Positions 36,723-46,122 of a stretch of 64,000 nt of DNA are shown in pieces (within the stretch, counting starts at the first letter, position 1; every line of letters begins with the position of its first letter). The stretch spans positions 1-64,000 of IMG/VR virus record IMGVR_UViG_3300034069_000021; one strand, given 5' to 3'. This DNA comes from a virus. The position numbers were made by a program, and so were the translations under genes. Below the pieces are notes generated by a model. That model searched no databases. It was given only the letters and a program-made list of their open reading frames with translations, and was not told the DNA's origin.

Positions 36723-37667
36723 TCACGCGTTCTCGATGGCCGTCAGCAGCTCGGCCTTGTTCGGGTACCCCGAGGGGTTCTCGATGCCCTTCCAGGTGGC
36801 GTAGCTCTCCAGCTGCGGGCGCAGCCAGTCGGCGTTCGACTCACCCTCGGGAAGACCGTCGGGGCGCGGCGCGCCGTCGGCCTCGGTGACCGGCGCGGCC
36901 TGAGTGCCCTCGGTGACCGGCTCAGCGGGCGGCTGGCTGGCGTTCTCGGGGTTCTCGGGCTCACCGTCCGGCCCGATGACCGTGACGTCCTCAGGGCCAG
37001 CCAGGGGCTCATCGCGGGTGGCCTGGACCGAGGTGTAGTCCTCGGCCACGAACGACCCGCCGACGTCCGGCGTGGAGCCGGGGTCGGTGGCCAGGGCCGA
37101 GGGCTGGCTGGCCAGGCTCAGGTTCGCCTCAGCGCCGGGGTGCCCAAAGCTGGCCACCTGCTGGACGGCCTGGAGCGTGCCGCCGCGCATCTTGACGTGC
37201 TCGATGACCTCGGTGTGGAGCGGGGCCTGGCCCGAGCCGCCGTAGCTGGAGGCGTCCCCGGTGTAGACCTGATCGCGGTCCAGCACGGTGGCGTTCGGCA
37301 CCTGGCCGACGTACTTGTTCGCGCTGGTGTACTGGTCGACGGGGGTGTGCCAATCGGCGTTGTCCGCGCCGGGGTTGACGTTGGGGTCCGCTGCGACCAG
37401 CGCCGCCGCCGCCCCGGTGTCGTACCCTGCCGAGTGGACCCGGCCAGGATTGGTGACCTCGCCCTCCTCGTCCAGGTCAAGCAGGTTGACCTGCTCGGCG
37501 AAGTTGACCAGCACGCGGTACTTCCGGCGCGGGCCGTCACGGGTGATCGTCTCGATGGGCGCGCCCAGCTCGGCCAGCTCGGCCAGGGCGGGGCCTCGCA
37601 GGGACTGGTCCACGAAGTCGATGGTGGCGTAGTCGCCGTCAACGGTGGCGATGATTCCAGCGGGCAT
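36723..37667 (-). CDS. Hypothetical virion-block protein
   Basis: 314 aa. GGAGA SD. Confidence 0.7.
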   Translation of the reverse strand: MPAGIIATVDGDYATIDFVDQSLRGPALAELAELGAPIETITRDGPRRKYRVLVNFAEQVNLLDLDEEGEVTNPGRVHSAGYDTGAAAALVAADPNVNPGADNADWHTPVDQYTSANKYVGQVPNATVLDRDQVYTGDASSYGGSGQAPLHTEVIEHVKMRGGTLQAVQQVASFGHPGAEANLSLASQPSALATDPGSTPDVGGSFVAEDYTSVQATRDEPLAGPEDVTVIGPDGEPENPENASQPPAEPVTEGTQAAPVTEADGAPRPDGLPEGESNADWLRPQLESYATWKGIENPSGYPNKAELLTAIENA

Positions 37668-37680
37668 GATGTCCTGTCTC

Positions 37681-38448
37681 CTACGGGGCGATCTGAGCGG
37701 CAGCGATAACGGCCTCGTACGCGATGCAAACGCTACGCTCTGCCACGGCAGCGTAGAGGTTGTGACGCTCGTCCACGGCGGTGCGAACGTCGGGTGCGTC
37801 CCGCCAGCCGAACGGCTGAGACGTGGCGACGATGGTGTTGACCAGGCCGTCCACGTAGCCGCCGCCGATCACCCAGGTGTGCCCGAGTGGCGACGTCCAG
37901 CGGGTGCCGGTCTTGATGAACAGGCCGAACTCCTGGCTGGCCCACTGAGCGCCGACGTGGAACCAGACCGGGGTGTTCGCCTTGGCAGCCTCACCCTCCA
38001 GGTAGCCCACCGCCAGCTTGAGGCTGGCCACCGCCTCGGGGGTGCCCGCGTCCTCCAGCAGCCGATTGGCGAACTCGCGCTCGACGGCGGTCTGCTCCTC
38101 CAGGCGCAGCACCTGAGCGGCGCGCTCCTCGACCTCGTTGCGGCTCGGCAGCGTCAGGTCGCACTCGTCGTACGCCCAGACGGTCAGCCGGTCGAACGGC
38201 GGAAGCAGGTCGGGCCGGTGGCCCTCCTTGCGCTCCTCCTGGTCAATCGGCGGGACGTCGCACCAGTCGGCCTCCCAGATGCCGAACGAGTCCTCGCCGC
38301 CGTAGTTCGGCCCCTCGACCTCGACGCCGTTGAAGAATCGGCCCTGGGCCTGCCAGTCGGTGGCCGCGTACAGGCCCTGAGCCAGCGGCGTGACCGGCGG
38401 GGCCTTGAAGCGCCAGGCGTTCAGCACCGGGGCGGTGGGAGTGGTCAT
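37681..38448 (-). CDS. Hypothetical virion-block protein
   Basis: 255 aa. AGGAGG SD. Confidence 0.7.
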   Translation of the reverse strand: MTTPTAPVLNAWRFKAPPVTPLAQGLYAATDWQAQGRFFNGVEVEGPNYGGEDSFGIWEADWCDVPPIDQEERKEGHRPDLLPPFDRLTVWAYDECDLTLPSRNEVEERAAQVLRLEEQTAVEREFANRLLEDAGTPEAVASLKLAVGYLEGEAAKANTPVWFHVGAQWASQEFGLFIKTGTRWTSPLGHTWVIGGGYVDGLVNTIVATSQPFGWRDAPDVRTAVDERHNLYAAVAERSVCIAYEAVIAAAQIAP

Positions 38449-38471
38449 GTGGTCCTCCTGGGAGTACGAGA

Positions 38472-38522
38472 GAGGGCGGGCAAGGTGGACGGCTTCGGGT
38501 TGCCCACTACTTGCCCGCCCTC
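38472..38522 (-). terminator. Attenuator or terminator hairpin after the capsid gene
   Basis: 13-bp arms GAGGGCGGGCAAG (38472-38484) / CTTGCCCGCCCTC (38510-38522). Confidence 0.55.
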
Positions 38523-38544
38523 AGTCTGACGTCGGCGCGGTGAC

Positions 38545-40398
38545 CTACGCGGTGATGGCCTGGCGCTCACCGATCGCGCCGTTGACATCGAGCGGAACGC
38601 GGATCAGCGCGCTCTCGCCGCAACGCTTGCCGACGGCGATGGCGTCCTCCGTGAACATCCGCGTGAAGCGGTTGACCTGGAGCTGCTCCTTCGGGTACAT
38701 CACGCCCAGCTCGATGACGTTGCTCATCGAGCGGAACCAGGTGCCCGCCGGGTACATCACGATGTCGACGGTCGACGGCCACCGCAGGGTGTCCATGTGA
38801 CCGGGGAGGCCCGCCGAGCGGGTCTGCCAGTCACCGACGAACTGGAGCGCGATGTTCCGCGCCGTCAGCCACGCCAGGATCTGGGCGTCGGTCACCGCGA
38901 AGGTGTCCGTACCCTCGCGGAACGCCAGGTCGGCGCGCAGCACCTCGAAGAACCACGACGGCGCGATGCCCTCGATGGTGGCGGTGCGGCTCAGGCCGCG
39001 CTTGAGACGGATGTTCGTCGCCACCAGCGCCAGCGAGTTAAGCACCGACGCGACCGAGCCCATGACCGAGGTCGGCGGGATGATCTTCGCCGGGCCGGAA
39101 CCCGCCACGATGTTGAGGATGGACCGGCGCGACAGGGCGCGCAGGTGCTCCTGAGTGAGCGAGCGCATGAACCACTCGATCAGCTCGGGCCAGCCCTGCT
39201 CCTGGAGGATGCCCGCCTCGACGCACCACCCGACCGCGTTCAGCCGGATCTCATCGAAGTCCTCGGGGCACGGGATCTCGACGCAGTGCTTGACCGCCGT
39301 CGGCTGGCCGGTGTCAGGATCGACGGCCTCCAGCTCGGGCTCGGTGAAGAACCACTCGAAGTCCTCGAAGATGCCGGACAGGTCGGGCTCGCGGGGCCAG
39401 CGGACGCCGCCCCGGTTGATCGTGACCTCGGGCATCGAGAGCAGGTCGGTGGCGTCCGGCACGTCGCAGAAGTCGTACAGCTGCTCGGACGGGGCGCACC
39501 AGCCACCGGCAGCCGTGAGGCTATCGGCGGTGACGCGCTGGCCGTTGACCAGGCTCGTCGCGGCGTTGATGGCGGCGACCAGCGCGTGCGGGTCGTCCAC
39601 CACCTGGACGTCGCGCTGGAGGGTGGAGACCACCTGGCGCGCGAACTCCTCGCCACCGAGCATCCGGTTGCTGCGGTTCGGGCGAACCCGAGCGCGGCTA
39701 CCGGGGCGGATGCTGTCGAGCGACTGGGCGATCTGGGCGAAGCCGACCCGACCCATGCCCTCCTGGAAGCCGGGAGCGCCGGGGTGGAGCTGCCAGCCGG
39801 GCTCGCCGCCCTCGTTGGCCGGGGGCGGGGTGGAGCCCGCCGCCGCCGGGGCGAAGTTGACCGGGCGGTTGCCGCCGGTCGTGCCCGCGCCAGCGGTGAC
39901 CACCTCGCGCTGCTCAGCCGGGGTGCCCTCGGGGGCCGAGGCAGCCGGGGGCTGAGTGCCGTCGGAGGCCGGGGGCTCGGTGCCCTCGACCACCGGGGTC
40001 GTCTCGTCGGTGATCTCCTGGCCCTGGGCGGTCTGGCCGCTGACCTCGGCCAGCAGGCCGTCGATCTCGGCGTCGTCCACCGGCTGGCTCGACGCCTCGG
40101 CCTCGACGGCGGCGCTGTGCGCGGCGTCGATGGTCCGGTAGTCGGTGACCAGCTCGCGGAGGCGGTCGCGGTCGGCACCCGTCAGGGTCTCGCCTGCGGC
40201 GCGCCGGGCCTGGATCAGATTGATGTCGGCCTGAGCCGAGTCGAGCAGGGCCTGGAGGCCAGCTGCATCGGCGGGAAGCTCAGCCGGGGTCTGGTGCGCG
40301 AACTGTCCCACCTTGCGGTCCAGGATGTTCACGACGCGCTGCCGTGGAGCGAAGGGGACGTTCACTGCGAACTCCTTGTGAGTCTCGTCTGTCGTCAT
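38545..40398 (-). CDS. Major capsid protein with long N-terminal scaffold-like region
   Basis: 617 aa from ATG 40398. N-terminal half is coiled-coil and low-complexity. C-terminal half has capsid-like motifs (AAGGWCAPSEQLYDF). Confidence 0.75.
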   Translation of the reverse strand: MTTDETHKEFAVNVPFAPRQRVVNILDRKVGQFAHQTPAELPADAAGLQALLDSAQADINLIQARRAAGETLTGADRDRLRELVTDYRTIDAAHSAAVEAEASSQPVDDAEIDGLLAEVSGQTAQGQEITDETTPVVEGTEPPASDGTQPPAASAPEGTPAEQREVVTAGAGTTGGNRPVNFAPAAAGSTPPPANEGGEPGWQLHPGAPGFQEGMGRVGFAQIAQSLDSIRPGSRARVRPNRSNRMLGGEEFARQVVSTLQRDVQVVDDPHALVAAINAATSLVNGQRVTADSLTAAGGWCAPSEQLYDFCDVPDATDLLSMPEVTINRGGVRWPREPDLSGIFEDFEWFFTEPELEAVDPDTGQPTAVKHCVEIPCPEDFDEIRLNAVGWCVEAGILQEQGWPELIEWFMRSLTQEHLRALSRRSILNIVAGSGPAKIIPPTSVMGSVASVLNSLALVATNIRLKRGLSRTATIEGIAPSWFFEVLRADLAFREGTDTFAVTDAQILAWLTARNIALQFVGDWQTRSAGLPGHMDTLRWPSTVDIVMYPAGTWFRSMSNVIELGVMYPKEQLQVNRFTRMFTEDAIAVGKRCGESALIRVPLDVNGAIGERQAITA

Positions 40399-40477
40399 CG
40401 GTACGGGGCGAGCAACCTCGGTACACAACACGGAGCAGGTTTCTCTGATGGGAAAGCTAGCGGTCGACCGTGCAGAC

Positions 40478-40717
40478 CTACGCCGGGACGGGCGTGGCGG
40501 TGGGCTTGACCAGCTTGCGGATGGTGCCGCCACCGGCCAGGGTCACCTGGCGCTGCGCCTCGGCGGCGATCATGTAACCCGGCTCGCCAGCCTCGGGGTC
40601 GGCGGGGTTGACGCCCTCGGGGAGGATGCCGCCGCCCGCCGACTGAGGCAGCTGGACGTACCAGCCCATGGAGTCCTTGTTCTTGCCGACGCCAGCGCCG
40701 CCGTTGCAACCACACAT
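40478..40717 (-). CDS. Small hypothetical protein between protease and capsid genes
   Basis: 79 aa (MCGCNGGAGVGK..). GGAGAA SD. Confidence 0.6.
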   Translation of the reverse strand: MCGCNGGAGVGKNKDSMGWYVQLPQSAGGGILPEGVNPADPEAGEPGYMIAAEAQRQVTLAGGGTIRKLVKPTATPVPA

Positions 40718-40718
40718 G

Positions 40719-43139
40719 TCAGTTCTCCTGCCCGGCCAGCTCGGCCAGCATCGCGTCGATCTCCTGCTCGGGGGTGAGCGCCGGGGCGGGCTCACCGACC
40801 AGCTGAGTGGCCTCAGCCAGCAGCGCGTCCAGCTCGGCCTGCTCGTCGCGGTCGGTCAGCGCCTTGGTCACCGCCGCCGCCACGATCTCACTGATGGCCG
40901 AGGCCGTGAGCGCGGTGCCCGAGGTGCCACGGGGGCCGGTCGGCTTGGGGGCCAGGCTGGCCACCAGCGCCACAGAACGCCCGTCGGCGTCCTCACGCCC
41001 ACGCACAGCGAAACCGGGCGTGTTGACGGCCAGGGCGGCGATCAGGTCCAGGCCCTGACCGAAGTCGCGCCAGTCGCCGGACAGCGGCGCGGCCAGGCCC
41101 ATCTCGATCTGCTCGGCGGTGGCCCAGGGCGCAGCCACGCCCGAGACCTCGATGCCCACCGGGGTCTCGTAGGCGCGGACCAGCGCGAAGCACGACCCGG
41201 TGTTGTCGTAGTGGCTCATCGCCGCCGCGCCGCCCAGGCGCTCGTCCGCGTGGCCGGTGCCGACCGTGAGCCGACCGACGGCCAGGCGCGTCCCGTCGTC
41301 CAGCCGAACGCTCGGGCTGGTGTGGAACTGCGAGTAGTTCGACGGCGACTTGGGGGCCATCACGCACTGAGCCTGGAGCGACCGGTGGCAGCTGCCAAAG
41401 CAGGCCAGGTGGCCGAAGATCCGACCGGTGTCGGGGTCCATCTGGATCTCGGTCGGCTCGGTGAGGTACTGGTCAGGCGTGCGGACGAACTGAGCCGCCG
41501 GGTACACGCGGGGCCGGAACTGCTCGGCGGCGCTGGCCACCAGGCCCAGCTCGCGGTCCTCGGGCTCGGGGTTGAACTCCAGCATCGTCTCGCCGAACGC
41601 CGGGGTCGCCACCAGGGTGAACCCGATCAGCTCGCCCTTCGTCACGCACTGGATCACCTTGGCGTCCATCGGCAGATCCCACCATTCGTCCTCGGTGATC
41701 TCCTTGCCGTTCTCGTCCACCAGCATCCACTCGGTGGCCGCGAGGTCGATGCTCGGGCGGCTCACCTTGCGGGCGGCGTGGTCGAACGCCGTCGAGCTGT
41801 GCTCGTCATCGAGCATGTACCCCGACGCCAGGATGCGGTCGCCCTCCAGGCGCGCGGCCTCGGTGACGCCGACCGTGTAGGCGTCCATGTGGCCGTAGTT
41901 GGTCTGCTGGCACCACATGACCGGAAGCGGCGTCTGGCGCACCGTGAGGTCGATGTCAGGGCTCAGCATCCGACCATCGCTGCTCTCGATGCCGACGAAC
42001 GCCACCGGCTGATCCGTGAAGGTCACGTACTGGGTCATGCCGTACTCCTGCTCACTCGGGGCGGTCCACCCGCCTGCGGCGGTCTGGGCGGTGCGCCCGA
42101 TGCCATCTTCGTCCTCGCGCGCCCTGACGGTGCCCTGACGCTCTCGCCGCTCGATCTCGTCCTGCTGAGACCCGCGCCGGTTGATCTGCACGCTGTCCCG
42201 CCCGTCAAGGCGCTCGGTGTGCCGATCCACCTCGTCGGGAATGGCCTCGTCGTGGGCCAGGATGCCGACGCGGCACCGGCAGTTCTTGACCTCCTCGGGC
42301 GGGCCACCTGGGTCAGCCGGGTAATCCAGCTGGGCGGTCCCGATCTGGAACTTACCGGTGAGGGGTGTGCGCTGACCGTCGGCGGCGAAGTGCGTATGGC
42401 GGGTCTTCCCGTCCAGGGTGGCGATCCACGTCTTGTCCAGCGTGGTGGCGTCCTCGGAGCGGTGAGCCGCCGTCACCACCGCCGCGTTCTGCACCGACGC
42501 CGCCCCGTAGCCCTGGAGCCGGGCCACCACGCGGGTCGCCTCACTGCCGGGGCTCAGCACCTCAGCCGCCGCCCGGCGCTGCTCGGTGATGACCACCTCG
42601 ACATCGGGGGTGTCGTCGGCCAGGGCCGGGGTCGCGTCCCTCACCGCCGCCACCACGCGGTCACGCATCAGGGTCGGGGTCGACGCCACGCTCGGGCGCT
42701 GGCTGTCCAGGTACTCGTCGCGCGCCGCCAGCAGGAACGGATCGGCCTCGACCCGCGCAATTGCGCTCACCAATTCGTCAGTAGCTACTTCCGAAGTGGA
42801 CGTAATTGCATTTACTACTTTCACGGAAATGGATGGAGTAATTACATTCTCATCAAATTCCGGTAGATCAATTTCCAGTCCCTCCGAAGCTTCGACCACC
42901 GACAATGCCCACAGACTTGACAGGCACGCTAGGATCAACTCAGATGACAGTTGATCCCAGACACTGGCGGTCTCAGTCACCGAGTCCGGTTCTGGCGGCA
43001 AACTAGCTGCGACCAAACTACTTACAACAAACGGCTCCGTCGCGACGACCCAGGTGTTCAGGGCCAGAGCGTAGACCTCGGTCAGCGCCGCCTCGCACTC
43101 GATGGTCCGGCTCAGGGCCTCGCCCCGCTCGGGCCACAT
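40719..43139 (-). CDS. MuF-like minor capsid protein / capsid maturation protease fusion
   Basis: MuF motif ATLDGKTRHTHFAADGQ..NCRCRVG. Protease-like motif GHLACFGSCH..C..APKSPSNYSQFH. Confidence 0.8.
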   Translation of the reverse strand: MWPERGEALSRTIECEAALTEVYALALNTWVVATEPFVVSSLVAASLPPEPDSVTETASVWDQLSSELILACLSSLWALSVVEASEGLEIDLPEFDENVITPSISVKVVNAITSTSEVATDELVSAIARVEADPFLLAARDEYLDSQRPSVASTPTLMRDRVVAAVRDATPALADDTPDVEVVITEQRRAAAEVLSPGSEATRVVARLQGYGAASVQNAAVVTAAHRSEDATTLDKTWIATLDGKTRHTHFAADGQRTPLTGKFQIGTAQLDYPADPGGPPEEVKNCRCRVGILAHDEAIPDEVDRHTERLDGRDSVQINRRGSQQDEIERRERQGTVRAREDEDGIGRTAQTAAGGWTAPSEQEYGMTQYVTFTDQPVAFVGIESSDGRMLSPDIDLTVRQTPLPVMWCQQTNYGHMDAYTVGVTEAARLEGDRILASGYMLDDEHSSTAFDHAARKVSRPSIDLAATEWMLVDENGKEITEDEWWDLPMDAKVIQCVTKGELIGFTLVATPAFGETMLEFNPEPEDRELGLVASAAEQFRPRVYPAAQFVRTPDQYLTEPTEIQMDPDTGRIFGHLACFGSCHRSLQAQCVMAPKSPSNYSQFHTSPSVRLDDGTRLAVGRLTVGTGHADERLGGAAAMSHYDNTGSCFALVRAYETPVGIEVSGVAAPWATAEQIEMGLAAPLSGDWRDFGQGLDLIAALAVNTPGFAVRGREDADGRSVALVASLAPKPTGPRGTSGTALTASAISEIVAAAVTKALTDRDEQAELDALLAEATQLVGEPAPALTPEQEIDAMLAELAGQEN

Positions 43140-45055
43140 CAGCTCGCCTCCTGGTGGTCGATCATGGGCCGAGTCAGCTCGGTGGTGATCTTGGCGATGA
43201 CCGCCGCGCGCAGGCCCTCGGTGTTGATCCCGAGGGATGCCACCACCTCGTCGGCCAGGGCGGCGTCGACCTCGCGGATGGCCTTGGGCAGCTCGGCCTG
43301 GGGCAGCGGTGGGAGGTACTTGTGCCAGTCGCGGGCGGGGACGCGCGCCAGCCGGGCCTTCTGCTCGTTCCCCCGAACGCGGCGCTTGTTCGTCACCTCC
43401 AGGACGCGGTTGGTCAGGAACCGCTCGGCCAGCACCAGGTCCGCGCGGCTGGAGGCGGTGACGCTGGCGGTGTCCTCGGTGTCGGGCTCGCCGCCCTCGG
43501 TGGAGCCGGTGTCGTCGTCCTCGTCCTCGTCGCCCTCACCCGGCGGCAGCTCGGCCACGGGCGGCGCGGGCCACTCGAAGTTCGCCAGGTCGGTGTTGCC
43601 CGCGCTCAGCAGCGCCTGGAACACCGGCTGGCCGATCAGCGTCGGATCCTTGGCCAGCGCCTCGGTCACCCAGAGCTGGATGCCGTCCATGGTGGTGAGG
43701 TCATACCCGCCGTCGTCGGGGAGCCCGAGGGCGCGCAGGTACAGCTCGTTGCGCAGCGCGCCCTGATCCTTAGCCTTCTCGGCCTCGTCGGACAGGTCGG
43801 GGTCAGCGGTGAGCCCCGAGGCGTCGTACCAGAGCATGTACTTGTCGGGGTCGATGCCCTCGGCCAGGAACACCGCGCGCAGCACCGACTCGTTGATCGC
43901 GCCGCACAGGGTCTCGATCACCGGCTTGATGTGCGTCTGCACGTCCTCGTCGGCCATCTGCCAGGCCGACCAGTGGTTGCTGTTCGACCCGACGCCCAGC
44001 AGCCGCTCGGGGCTGACGTTCAGGCCCATGGCCAGGCGCGCGATGGCGTCGTTCCTGGTCTTGATCTCCACCTCGGTGATCTCGTTGCCGAACTTGAGGT
44101 GGAGGATCTTCCCGAGGTGTTCGCCGGGCACGGTGGCCAGCAGCGGGATCAGCGCCGCCTGGCTGTTCTCGTCATCGACGGCCACGCTGGCGGTCTGGTA
44201 GAGCTGATCGCGCAGCTCCTCGGCGGCGGGCACACCCTGGACCGTCGGCATCTCGATACCGGGGATGTCGGCCAGGCCCTCGGGGATCGGGGCCTGACTG
44301 GCCGGGAGGCTCATTTCGGCAGGCAGGAACACCACGCCGTTGCCGATCAGCCGGGACTGGCTGGCGTTCTTGATCTTCTTGGTGGTGCGGATGATCTCTC
44401 GGCACGGGTCCAGCACCGCGCGCACCGGGCTGGTGGCCTCCTTGGCGCGCCGGGGCCGAGGGTTCCACACGCGGAACATCACGTCGAGACCCTGGATGAA
44501 GTCGTGCTTCCGACCGTCGGGCAGCTCGATGGTGGTGCCGTTGCCGGTGGTCTTCCACTCGTCGCGCGTCAGCACGAACCACTCATGGAGCAGGTTGCCC
44601 TGGCCGTCGACCTTGCCGGTCATCAGCAGGACGACCCAGTGTTCGCCCGGCACGCTCAGGCACTCGGCGCTGCGCTTCCGCAGCTGGGCCTGGCCGAGCG
44701 GCCCGCCCGCGATGTCCTTGATGATCTTGGCCACGCGGGCCTGCTCGGGGGCCAGGGTGCCGTCGTCGGTCTGGGTCAGCCCGCCGGTCGGGAGGCCGGT
44801 GTCGGGGTCGATCTCCGAGGCGATGAACTGGACGCGCGAGCACGACGCGGTGAGCCAGCTCAGCCAGTAGGCCAGCTCGCCCACCTCGTCCACCATGTTC
44901 CAGGCTTCCACCTGCCAGTCGGCGCGGGGGCCACCGCCGAGGGAGGACCGCATCGACTTCTGTGGGTCGGTGACCAGCTGGCTCGCAGCCGTCAGCGCCC
45001 GGCGCGGGGCTCGGCCCTTGGGGCGGCGAACGACGCGCATGGGGGAGGCAGCCAT
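43139..45055 (-). CDS. Portal protein
   Basis: 638 aa between terL and the MuF gene. Portal call rests on size and gene order. Confidence 0.85.
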   Translation of the reverse strand: MAASPMRVVRRPKGRAPRRALTAASQLVTDPQKSMRSSLGGGPRADWQVEAWNMVDEVGELAYWLSWLTASCSRVQFIASEIDPDTGLPTGGLTQTDDGTLAPEQARVAKIIKDIAGGPLGQAQLRKRSAECLSVPGEHWVVLLMTGKVDGQGNLLHEWFVLTRDEWKTTGNGTTIELPDGRKHDFIQGLDVMFRVWNPRPRRAKEATSPVRAVLDPCREIIRTTKKIKNASQSRLIGNGVVFLPAEMSLPASQAPIPEGLADIPGIEMPTVQGVPAAEELRDQLYQTASVAVDDENSQAALIPLLATVPGEHLGKILHLKFGNEITEVEIKTRNDAIARLAMGLNVSPERLLGVGSNSNHWSAWQMADEDVQTHIKPVIETLCGAINESVLRAVFLAEGIDPDKYMLWYDASGLTADPDLSDEAEKAKDQGALRNELYLRALGLPDDGGYDLTTMDGIQLWVTEALAKDPTLIGQPVFQALLSAGNTDLANFEWPAPPVAELPPGEGDEDEDDDTGSTEGGEPDTEDTASVTASSRADLVLAERFLTNRVLEVTNKRRVRGNEQKARLARVPARDWHKYLPPLPQAELPKAIREVDAALADEVVASLGINTEGLRAAVIAKITTELTRPMIDHQEAS

Positions 45056-45080
45056 GGAGTCAGGTTATCCCGAGGCCGTG

Positions 45081-45512
45081 CTACTGGTCGTCGTCATCGT
45101 CCTCGACGTCGATCTCCTCGGTGTCCGCGAACCGGGCCATCACGCCCACCAGGTGGCTCACCGCGAAGGCGATCAGCGGGTACAGCCACCAGGACAGGCC
45201 CGTGAGCCAGATCGGGTACCAGGTGGTGAGCAGGGCCAGCCACATGCCCACGCACCAGGGGCAGCCGATGAAGTAGTTCACGGTGTGCCACCTGAGCTGG
45301 CGGCGCTGGTGGCCCTCGGCAATCTCGGTCTGCCCGGCCAGCTTGGCCTCGCGCGTGGCGATGAGCGCCGACCGCTCGCGCTGGGCCAGCCGGACGCGGA
45401 TCGGGTCGAGAATGGTGTCACCGTTGATCAGGCGCACCAGGCGCATGACGGCCAGAGTGAACAGGACGAGGACGAGAATCTGGTAGCCGAGGCTCATCCG
45501 GCCATCGTACAA
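45081..45512 (-). CDS. DUF1360-like integral membrane protein
   Basis: TTG start (alternative ATG at 45497). Motif FIGCPWCVGMWLALL. Confidence 0.65.
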   Translation of the reverse strand: MYDGRMSLGYQILVLVLFTLAVMRLVRLINGDTILDPIRVRLAQRERSALIATREAKLAGQTEIAEGHQRRQLRWHTVNYFIGCPWCVGMWLALLTTWYPIWLTGLSWWLYPLIAFAVSHLVGVMARFADTEEIDVEDDDDDQ

Positions 45513-45516
45513 GTCA

Positions 45517-45537
45517 CCCGAGTGAGTCGGGTAACAT
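45517..45537 (+). promoter_or_regulatory. Operator plus -10 for a leaderless ruvC-like gene
   Basis: CCCGAGTGAGTCGGG (45517-45531), TAACAT (45532-45537), then CAGGGC and the ATG at 45544. Confidence 0.55.
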
Positions 45538-45543
45538 CAGGGC

Positions 45544-46122
45544 ATGAGAATCCTCGGGGTCGATACCAGCCTCACCGCCACCGGCCTCGCGTTGATCGAC
45601 ATCGCCACCTGGCCCCCGAGTAACCCGCCGAGGCAGCCCGGCGATCCGGTCTCTTACAGCGCCCAGGTGGTCACTGTGGGCGCGCCGAAGCCCACCAAGG
45701 ACAAGACCAAGCAGGCGATGGCGCGGCGCGTGAGAACGCTGCTGAGCGACATCGAGGAGGTGTTCAAGGAGGACCGCCCCGAGCACGTCGGGATGGAGGC
45801 GCTGGCGTACGGGGCGCGCGGTGAGGGCGCATGGGTGCTGCCCTGGATCTTCGGTGAGGTGATCAGCCTGACCGTCGAGTACAGCGTCCCGCTGACCATC
45901 GTGGCCACCAAGGCCCGCGCCAAGTTCGCCACCGGCAACGGCAACGCCGACAAGCAGACCGTGCTGCTGGCGGTGAACAGGCTGGAGCCCGCCGCCGAGG
46001 TGACCAACGACAACGAGGCCGACGCGCTCAGCGTCGGGGCGGTGGTGTGCCAGAAGCTCGGGGTGCCGATCTGGCCGGTGACCGCCTACCGCACCGACGT
46101 CGTGAGCAAGCTCGGGGACTAG
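45544..46122 (+). CDS. RuvC-like Holliday junction resolvase
   Basis: Motifs MRILGVDTSLTATG, GMEALAYG, NEADALSVG. Opposite strand to the flanking terL and portal genes. Confidence 0.8.
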   Translation: MRILGVDTSLTATGLALIDIATWPPSNPPRQPGDPVSYSAQVVTVGAPKPTKDKTKQAMARRVRTLLSDIEEVFKEDRPEHVGMEALAYGARGEGAWVLPWIFGEVISLTVEYSVPLTIVATKARAKFATGNGNADKQTVLLAVNRLEPAAEVTNDNEADALSVGAVVCQKLGVPIWPVTAYRTDVVSKLGD

